Assembly (NCBI GenBank): GCA_051599415.1
Contig: AP039707.1
Span: 242,766-262,765, forward strand
Direction: 5' to 3'
Length of the DNA: 20,000 nucleotides
Origin: Savitreella phatthalungensis
Taxonomy: Eukaryota
Position numbers and translations under genes: made by a program. This document shows positions 10,226 to 18,299 of this stretch, in pieces. Within the stretch, counting starts at the first letter, position 1, and each line of letters opens with the position of its first letter. A model generated the notes under the pieces. The model saw nothing but the letters and a program-made list of their open reading frames with translations, was not told the origin of the DNA and did no database searches.

Positions 10226-10834
10226 ATGTCGTCATCCAAGCGTTCGATCGGAGAAGAGGCTCAAACACCCAAGCGACCCAAGATAGAGGCCAAGCTGCCG
10301 GCCAGGTATGGTCGAGCGACGCCGGTGGTGGATCGCAAGTCTGTTTTTCATGGGTTGTATTTGCCTGTAACAACCCAAAATGACGCGAAGGCGGCGCTAA
10401 ACGCGCTGAAGCCGCTGCGGGCGGAGCTTCAAGCGGATCATTGCATGCGAGCATGGCGAATCAAGTCGGAGATTGGGTCTGGGTATAATGTGGATTGGGA
10501 TGACGACGGCGAACTTCATGGCGGAAAAAAGCTCGCAGAAAGCCTTCGATCGAGTCTCATAGAGGGAATGTTTGTCTGCATGCGTCAATATGGCGGGACG
10601 ATGCTAGGGCCTGTGCGCTTCAATCATATCGTCGATTCTTGTCGTGCCGCGCATGCCAAGTACAGAGCCGAAACCACTGCTAGACTGCGGCGAGTCGCTC
10701 TTGCAAGAGCCAAAACGATTGCTCTTCTGGAGAAGTCTGGGATTGCCGATCTCTCCCTCCCATCGGACGATCATTCGCTCGAGCAGCTCATTGCTTCGAG
10801 AGACGCTCAGATCGCGCGTCTGCGCTCGACATGA
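10226..10834 (+). CDS. IMPACT/YigZ (UPF0029) family protein without RWD domain
   Basis: DRKSVF.G, HCMRAWRI, DDDGE..GG, VCMRQYGGTMLGPVRFNHI are signature motifs of the IMPACT ancient domain; followed by a short helical C-terminal tail. Confidence 0.9.
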   Translation: MSSSKRSIGEEAQTPKRPKIEAKLPARYGRATPVVDRKSVFHGLYLPVTTQNDAKAALNALKPLRAELQADHCMRAWRIKSEIGSGYNVDWDDDGELHGGKKLAESLRSSLIEGMFVCMRQYGGTMLGPVRFNHIVDSCRAAHAKYRAETTARLRRVALARAKTIALLEKSGIADLSLPSDDHSLEQLIASRDAQIARLRST

Positions 10835-11555
10835 AAAGCGCTTTCGGAGGCTATTATCGACGTGGAATCTTGACACTTAAGCACCATTCCGTAAGCTAGG
10901 GCCAAGGCAACGCCATTCCAGCGAAATGTCGGGTTGATCTGTCTAACGCGCGGAAGGACCATAGAACGAGAGAAGAAGCGATGCGCCGCAGAGCTATTTC
11001 CGCTCGACCGATGTTGTTATACTTGTGGAACATGAGCTCGACGCTGTGCACCAGCTGAGCCATCTCTGACGAGCTCGCCATGCAGTTGCTCACCATGCGA
11101 TGCGTCAATCATCGGAATGCGAATGGGCCACGCAAAAGCGCGAGCAGGGTCTTGTCGCGCCTTCGACATCCGTGCCGCATCATATCTGGAACAGTCTGGT
11201 GACATGGCAGCGCTCATCGGCTACATAGCATCGTCAGAGAAATTCGTCAGCTGAATGAACTTATATCGGAAGGCAGCATGAGCGGCTGGTCCTCGTTCCC
11301 GTTCGAACTCCCGCACAGCGCTCGCCGCTCATTGCGCGAGAAATAGAGCTCACCGGCGCGTCATGACAAGAAGTATGGTATCGCCGAGGTGAAAGTCTTT
11401 GCCTGCTTGTGGATCTGTAGCGTGGCGCGCACTCAATGACATTTCCTATATTTACATGTGTATTGACGTATACGTACATGACAGCTTACCTTGGGCTGTC
11501 ATGTCCAAAACTTCAGTCATGTATCTTGACTGCCTCGGCCTTCAAGACTCCGATC

Positions 11556-11601
11556 TGTCGCAATCGCTAAGTCGTCCGGATCGATCGTATACACTGTCTA
11601 C
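11556..11601 (+). mobile_element. 5' fragment of an older copy of the LTR-like element, directly upstream of copy A
   Basis: TGTCGCAATCGCTAAGTCGTCCGGATCGATCGTATAC aligns without gaps to the first 37 nt of copy A (27/37 identical by hand, including terminal TGTCGC and TCGATCGTATAC). Confidence 0.55.
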
Positions 11602-12080
11602 TGTCGCGGCCACTCTGTGGCCCAGGTCGATCGTATACGGTTCGTACACGACGCCGTCACTTCCGCAATCACTCCATCTACGTATGACAAGATAGTAGCC
11701 CTGTACGGAGCTGTCAAATAATGTTGTTCTGTGCTAGGTCCTGGTGTTGGTAATTTTTGGCACATTGTTCCATGCAGTCTACTGCGTCTTCTTGTACCTA
11801 GACCGACCTGCCATGTCAGCAGAGTTGTGGCATGTATCAGCTATATCACAATAGGCAACACCGCCTAGACCGCCTCTCGTAGTCCTTCCGTGCCTGTTTG
11901 TGTCTTTTTGTGTCTTTTTGTGTCTTTTTGTGTCTTTTTGTGTCTTTTTGTGTCTGTTTGTGTCTGGTTGTGTCTGTTTGTGTCCATTGGTGGACTCCGT
12001 CTGGCTCCTTCAATGTAGTCTGTTTGTGTCTGTGTCGCTTTGTCCGTCGCTTTCGGGTCCTGCGATCGTCCTCTGCGACA
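11602..12080 (+). mobile_element. LTR-like element copy A (479 bp); strand is relative orientation only
   Basis: Begins TGTCGCGG, ends CTGCGACA (TG...CA with short terminal inverted repeat). Collinear with 13839-14267 (106/119 identical over the first 119 bp). Flanks TCTAC/ATCCT do not form a TSD. Confidence 0.8.
11891..11985. repeat. 10-bp tandem repeat (TGTCTTTTTG)n inside LTR copy A
   Basis: Five perfect TGTCTTTTTG units at 11901-11950, flanked by variants TGCCTGTTTG, TGTCTGTTTG and TGTCTGGTTG. Confidence 0.95.
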
Positions 12081-13602
12081 ATCCTCCGCAACTTTGTCCT
12101 CATCTTGCGCGGTGAACCAACGGACAAATGATATATGGCAACTTTCCAGACGCATTTCAGAAGGATGAGGAGTGTTGTCAATAAATCCACTAAGCCGCTG
12201 CAAATACAATTTCAGCGCAACATAATTGGTCGCTTGATGTCTGATTCCTATGATAGCAAGTTCACGAGATGTGCGCCTGAGGTATCTGTTGAGTGACGAT
12301 TGCCTCGCTAGCGTACTCCACATTCAGAAGAGGCCCATCAAAATCGTAGAGGACACTCGAACGGTATTCAAGGCTCATACATAGATGATCTTCCCCAAGC
12401 GGAGCCGTATAAGAAATACGGAACTCTTTAGATCAGCTTGGAAGCCATCGACAATTGTCCATTGCCGAAAGTCATCCCGCCATATGCCTCCATAGCGAAT
12501 CGCCCGGACTGCGCTGATCAACTACGGTCTCGCTCGAGATGTGCGATGGACTGCAATCTTTCCACTGAAGCTCGTGATAGGTGTCGGTTCAGGGCAGTGG
12601 GCAGATATGAAGCCCAAGACAATTCAAGATAATCAAGTATAGCTGCTCGCTGTCCAACGATTTTCATTACTTTTGGCAATATCTGTGCAGACACCCATGA
12701 CTGAGCAATGACAAATTGGCCAAATGTGCGGTAAGTGATGCACTTTTGCGGCAAACTGTGGCACTAGTTTTGAGGAGCTGCCTAAAGCGTGGAAGAATCG
12801 ATGAACTTCCACTTCAATCGGGAGACTATCATCCGGCCTAGAAATAATCGATAGCGCGCAGAATGGGCAACAGCGTGAACAAAATGGTCCCCTCTTGCTC
12901 AGTATACTTGCATAGATTCTGCAACTTCTCTAGTCTGCACTGAGGAGATTCAATGACGGTCAGGCAGAGTTTGTGCTGAGAAGAACAGGCATATTCGATG
13001 GCCGCAGAGCGTCCTGTCTCACGTCTGGCACCTTGACAAAAGGTCGAGACAGTGCTGGCAATGTCTTTCATGTCAGCAGGTCAACGATTTGCCAGCTCTC
13101 ATTGCAATACACTAAAGGACGTCCTCTAGACATCTTACTGTCTGCCAAGTCACAATCACTGAGCATATACCTGGCTCATTTTGAAAGCCTTGAATTAAGT
13201 CCTTGAAGCGACATAGACTGACAGTTCAGAGAGAGCTACAGAGACTGCAAAAGTGACCAATAGCTCCTACGACTCTCAAGAGAATCCAAGACCTTGTTTA
13301 CAGAAGGACACAGGCCTGCAAGCAGTGACATTGAAAATTGCTTGCAACGGGCTGACACAATCTGTTTGCAGAACCAAGACATGCGTTATAGCTGCAAATT
13401 CTGAGAATGTCGACTAGTTTCTCATCAGACTTGCATTTGCATCAAGAAAGACAGCTCTAAACTCGTGATCCTTCGCCGAACCACTCCGGCGCAGCTGCCT
13501 TATTCACCAGACTTCCATTCTGTTAGGACATCTGGTCCTCTAGTGATGGCGCCAAAGTCAGGAGACAGTGGCAATCTCTGAAGGATCTTAGCTCCGGCGA
13601 CG

Positions 13603-14488
13603 TATGGCCAAGGACAATCATCGGACCCGAGAGCAAGGAACACAGCGACACAGACACAGATCAGATGATACAGTCAGCCTCAGACAGAGCCCACCAAGTG
13701 GTACCAGGACATAAATATTCGCAAATGAACACGAACAGACACAGAAGGGCTGCAAGGTACGTAATCATGTCAGTGATCCCAATCTGTACAGAGACCATAG
13801 CAGATGCATGCCTCAAATCTGCTGACATGGCAGATCGCTGTCACGGCCGGTCGATGGCCCAGGTCCATTGTATACGGTTTGTACACGACGCTGTCACTTC
13901 CGCAATCACTCGGTCTACATATGACAAGATAGTAGCCCTGTATGGAGCTGTCAAATAGTATTGTTCTGTTCTAGGTCCTGGTATTGGTGATATCTGGCAC
14001 GCCATCTCCGTGTGGCGTGCTGCGTCCTCTTGTACCCCTACCAACCTGCCACGTCAGCAGGATTGTGGTATGTATCAGCTATAGCACGGTAGGCACCACC
14101 GCCTAGACTGTCTCCTGTCTCTTTCCGTGTGTATTTGTACTCGTTTGTGTCCGTTTGTGTCCATTTGTTTCCTACTGTGGCTCCGTCTTGGTCCTCCTGT
14201 GTCGTCTTGTTCGTCTCCGTGTCGCTTTGTCCGTCGCTCTCGGGTCTTGCGATCGTCCTCCGCGACAATCGCACAATCAGAATCAGACAGAAGAGGACAC
14301 AGCACGCTGTATATAGACAGCGTGAGATTTCACCAGCAGCAGGCCTTAGCTCATAATTCTGTCCAAGAGCTCCATACGCGGCTACAATCTTGTCATACAT
14401 ACTGTCGTACCACAAATAATTGCGGTCATGGTGGCGTTGTGTAAAATTCTGTATATGAGCAGCTCAGAACACTACACCGGTCGTGAGA
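13603..14488 (-). mobile_element. Older, degenerate inverted copy of the same LTR-like element, split by copy B into 13603-13838 and 14273-14488
   Basis: 13603-13838 is the reverse complement of the right half of A/B (e.g. CTGCTGACATGGCAG, GGACCCGA, AGCGACACAGACACA). 14289-14488 is the reverse complement of the left half (AGCTCCATACGCGGCTACAATCTTGTCAT; terminus ACCGGTCGTGAGA vs ACCGGCCGTGACA). Confidence 0.8.
13839..14267 (+). mobile_element. Solo LTR copy B (429 bp) with 5-bp target-site duplication ATCGC
   Basis: Starts TGTCACGG, ends CCGCGACA (7/8 inverted repeat). ATCGC lies directly on both sides (13834-13838 and 14268-14272). No coding interior. Confidence 0.85.
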
Positions 14489-16134
14489 GTGTGCTCTTCT
14501 CTTCGAGCCGCACAGTAGATGCAGAAGGAGCGTGCCACGGCTACAGATACCGACCACTTGTTTCTTGTCTCAGGAGAGCAGCCGATACTTAAGGGCCACA
14601 CAGAGCTTCGCCGATCCATCTTGAAAGTCCGACCGTAATCCTTCCGGACGATCGTCTTCCACAGTCTCCTGCTGATGAGTCTTTGGGGCTGTTAAACTCC
14701 GGTGCAGGCTGGCTGAGTACAAGATTACCGTGGCCAGGGATAGCAAATCCTCTCGAGAGGATAAAATTTCGAAGCTGGCAGAAGATTATCGTCCCGAGAG
14801 ACCGAAGCTGTCGACCTATTGTGTCATCGTGAAGGTCTTGCTGTTCTCGGCCATGTTCGATGGACGGAGTGCAACACGGAGACCTCACCCGTTTGCGACT
14901 CAAATCGTTGATCTCCGCTCGTCACGGCTCTAGTCAGATGTCTGCAAATGTACTCGGCCATGCTTTTCAATGATTGCAGTGTGACATCGTGCCGACGTTA
15001 GCTTGCGACCGATGCATGCACGAAAGGGCGGTATAAGGCATGAAACGTGACAGGAGCGGTCAGTCGGCGGTTCCTCAGGACATTTCAAGGACGGTCGCAG
15101 CAAACGGTCGCGAGTCCTGAATGCGATGGCCAGGCGATGTGGATGCTGACATTGTTGTAGCTCAGACAGGGTCAACAAAACGTGCTGATGCTCGTAAGAA
15201 CAGCAGATGGAGGAATTTGCCGAGCTGGCGATGCGGCATAAAATCCAGTCAAACACTCGCCTATCAATCAGGGTATCCACTCGCGGCAGACAAAATTCGT
15301 GTCTAGTCAGGGTCCGCGCGTCTATTGTCCTGCTTTTGGTACCAATCGCTGCTCCACCTAGGCCCAGCAGCATCGGCCCATGAGCATGTGCGCGACCCAA
15401 TGGCTGGAGAGTTTGGTACGTCGCCCTTCGGCGCATCAAGATACTTAAATTATAAGGTCAAAAGCGCTGTGGAGATATCCTGCATGACCTGCAGATGCTT
15501 GGACTTCGGGAATCTGAGTATAAATTGCAGTGCATCAAAAAACGGTCCCAAAACCCATCTGAATCGAAATTCTCCTACTCAGAATGGCAATATCTGGAGA
15601 GTAGGAGTTCATCGAGCGCAATCTGTTTCACCGTCGTCCTGCATGGCTGAAATACCTGGCAACTGAATCATACCGGCTTGGACCCATTCCAGAAATCGAA
15701 CTCATGTGAGACAAAGCACGAATGCTGGGAAACAATTAATCAGGTGAAGAAAGATTCGAGACCTTAAAAATATGGTACCAATTTGGATGCATGAAAATGG
15801 ATCCCTGCTCGAGCAAAAATCCTTCTGGAATACCAGGTCTACTCATGCGCCGAACCAGAGCTTCACAGCAGCTTGGCGTGCATGCCAAAATAAGGTTCCT
15901 GTTCAAACGAATCACAGCGATGAGATCACTTTGCACGATAACCTTTGTCACACTGCAATTGTTCATAACGACAGACTGCGCGCGAACCAAAATTTTGGTT
16001 CTGCCGCTCAAGGAAGGAGCTTCGCTGCAAAAGGAGTCCCGCTGCGAGATGGCGGGCAGTTCTACGATACCCAAGTGCTCAGCTTCAACGCATTTAAAGA
16101 CTTGTTGCTCGCCGGCTCATGATGTTCAGGAAGA

Positions 16135-17583
16135 ATGCTGCTCACGAGTCTCGTGCTTGGCCTTGTCTCGGGCTCTTATGGTCTTGATCCGGCTCCAGCG
16201 CTGCTCGCCGCTCAAGGGCGTTGCGATGTGATCAATTGGGTTGTTCGCGCCATTCCGACTCCGGCTGCCGCATCCGCCTCGGCCTTCTGTACAGTCTACA
16301 ACGGCGTAAAGACGCAAACTGTCACGGCGGCCGCCAGCACAACCACTGTCACCTCCCGTTGCTCCTTGTCGTCAGCCTCGGGTCAGTCCCTCGCGAAGCG
16401 CAGTGTCGCTCCGTCGCGCTTTGTTCGATCCGTGGCGGCTCCATGCCCGACCTTCATGACTGCGCTCGGCACGGCAGCTCTATCGAAGGCTTGCAGCTGT
16501 CTTGCGACTACCAGCACAGTGACCGTGACGCCGACGTCGACCTACACCTCTCTGATCCAGGCGACGACAACGTCCACAAGCGTGGTCACGGTGGTCCCAT
16601 CACCGTATGTTGTATACACGACGGTGATCTCGTCATTTTTCAGCACCTCGACCTCGACCTCGACTCTTGTTCGTGCGTTTAGTGCTACGTCTACCGGCAC
16701 GGTGCATAGTACTGAGACGGACGTGGTTCTAACATCTGTCACAACCACCATCGTTGTGCCGACAACCACGAGAACGACAACCACCACAACAACGACTGCG
16801 GCGGCTACTTCCACAGTCTATCCCATCGTCAAGCGCGCCAATAGTCAGACTTGCTCCATCGTCACAACAGTTATTACAAGAACTGTGAGTGCGATGCCGT
16901 CTACAACGACCTCGACCTTGTATTCCAGCGCTTACGCTACAGTCAGGCAGGTCGACACAGTCCAGAGTGACTCTAGAACAACTTTGTATACGACACTGAC
17001 GCTGCCGACAACACAGGTGGTCTCATCCACTGCCACGGTCACGGAGATAACCGTCAGCACGAAAACCGAAAAGACCACAACAACTGCGACAAGCACTTTG
17101 CCGCCTGCTGCAACCGTCACTGCCAGCTATCGAGCTAACGTGCTAAAGAATCCGGGCTTCGAATCAAATCTAGATTCGTGGTCACATCCAGAAGACATCT
17201 ACCCCGTTTCATTCCTTGCGCGTTCCGGCACTCGATCTGCAGAGTTGGAAAACTCCGAAGAGACTCAGATTCTAGCACAAACTATTCCGGCCAACACTTT
17301 GTCAGCAGGGTCAGCACACGTGAGTATCTGGCGAAGCGCCAACGGTCACAGTGGCAATAGCGTGGTATGCAATTTGGCTTTGAGATTCGCTGGCGTCATT
17401 GTCGCATCGAAAGATCTTTCTGCGGATGATTTCGGACAAGACGGTTTCTCCAATTTTGGAGGCAATATCGTGCTCACTCCGGAACAGGCTGCGCGCGATC
17501 AGGATTTCAAAGTCACTTTCACGTGTTCGAATGGGATCGGCAGTTTATATCTCGACGACGCCTTTTTGGCCAATGTGATCTAG
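16135..17583 (+). CDS. Secreted Ser/Thr-rich adhesin/cell-surface-like protein with C-terminal carbohydrate-binding-like (CBM_4_9/galactose-binding fold) domain
   Basis: 482 aa. Hydrophobic N-terminus (likely signal peptide, cleavage near SYG-LD); Cys-containing region (ASAFC...PCP...SKACSCL); KR dibasic sites at aa 88-89 and 233-234; long Thr/Val/Ser stalk; aa 335-482 has NVLKNPGFES...W, ARSGTRSA and terminal LYLDDAFL typical of CBM_4_9-like sandwiches. Confidence 0.8.
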   Translation: MLLTSLVLGLVSGSYGLDPAPALLAAQGRCDVINWVVRAIPTPAAASASAFCTVYNGVKTQTVTAAASTTTVTSRCSLSSASGQSLAKRSVAPSRFVRSVAAPCPTFMTALGTAALSKACSCLATTSTVTVTPTSTYTSLIQATTTSTSVVTVVPSPYVVYTTVISSFFSTSTSTSTLVRAFSATSTGTVHSTETDVVLTSVTTTIVVPTTTRTTTTTTTTAAATSTVYPIVKRANSQTCSIVTTVITRTVSAMPSTTTSTLYSSAYATVRQVDTVQSDSRTTLYTTLTLPTTQVVSSTATVTEITVSTKTEKTTTTATSTLPPAATVTASYRANVLKNPGFESNLDSWSHPEDIYPVSFLARSGTRSAELENSEETQILAQTIPANTLSAGSAHVSIWRSANGHSGNSVVCNLALRFAGVIVASKDLSADDFGQDGFSNFGGNIVLTPEQAARDQDFKVTFTCSNGIGSLYLDDAFLANVI

Positions 17584-18299
17584 CCTTCCTCTGGTTGATA
17601 CAAGCGTCAAATGTCTCCCTGCTTACTCGTTCCCGAGCATCGCACCAGTTCGAAATCGCACGGTCACTATGGTATCTTTACAAATGTCATAGAGCCTATA
17701 GATTATGGACTACATAATAATCTCATCGACTCTTACGACCGACCGCATTTTGTTCTCCTAATTGTTGTCAGCTATAGCACAGACCAAGATCCGCGCATCG
17801 GGGTGTGCTTGCGATGCAGTACAGCGTTTGATCCTGCTTGTGGGCACCCGCACGGTCTGGACAACTGAGAGGTTTAGACAGCACGTGACAGCTTGGTTTC
17901 ATCTTCGTCCCAGCCGCATGTTCATGTGTAGATCAAATATGATCAATTGGCAGACATGTTTGATTCAGCAAACCTGGCGACCGTGTAGGACAACATTGTG
18001 TTCAAGTGAAAATGAAGAAGCACCTGCTGATCAAAGGTTGGGAAAGCTGAGGGTCACTATCCGCGTCTTCTCATCTCGAAAATTCACATGGCTCTGCATA
18101 CAGCTGTGAGACACGATCGATCAATGACAATTGATCTACGGAACCCATGTGCACATGTACTGCTCTTATCATATTCCGTTCAAAAATCCCAACCTGTTCT
18201 CAGTAGAGCCAAATTGTACTCATAAATTTGGACCTAATTGCATCCCAAACTGTAGCTGTTAACCTCACTCTGGCATAGACCGGCATGCATTGACAGCAA

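Noticed and set aside
138..10834. The seven genes as a functional cluster
   Set aside because: Unrelated housekeeping functions; proximity is explained by genome compaction.
11891..11985. CRISPR-like array
   Set aside because: Head-to-tail 10-mers without spacers, in a eukaryotic context.
11846..12323. ORFs with TQKDTKRHKK or CLFVSF repeats, and similar ORFs at 14038-14444
   Set aside because: Products of the 10-bp minisatellite and LTR sequence.
11602..14267. A and B as the two LTRs of one 2.7-kb retrotransposon
   Set aside because: B has its own TSD and sits inside another copy; outer flanks TCTAC/ATCGC differ; no PBS or gag/pol motifs between them.
14489..14504. Purine tract GAAGAGAAGAG on the minus strand near the old LTR start, as a possible PPT
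   Set aside because: Five bases from a degenerate terminus, with no recognisable integrase upstream.
17768..17780. 13-bp match TCAGCTATAGCAC to LTR copy B (14075-14087)
   Set aside because: No flanking similarity; a match this long is expected by chance in a 20-kb self-comparison.
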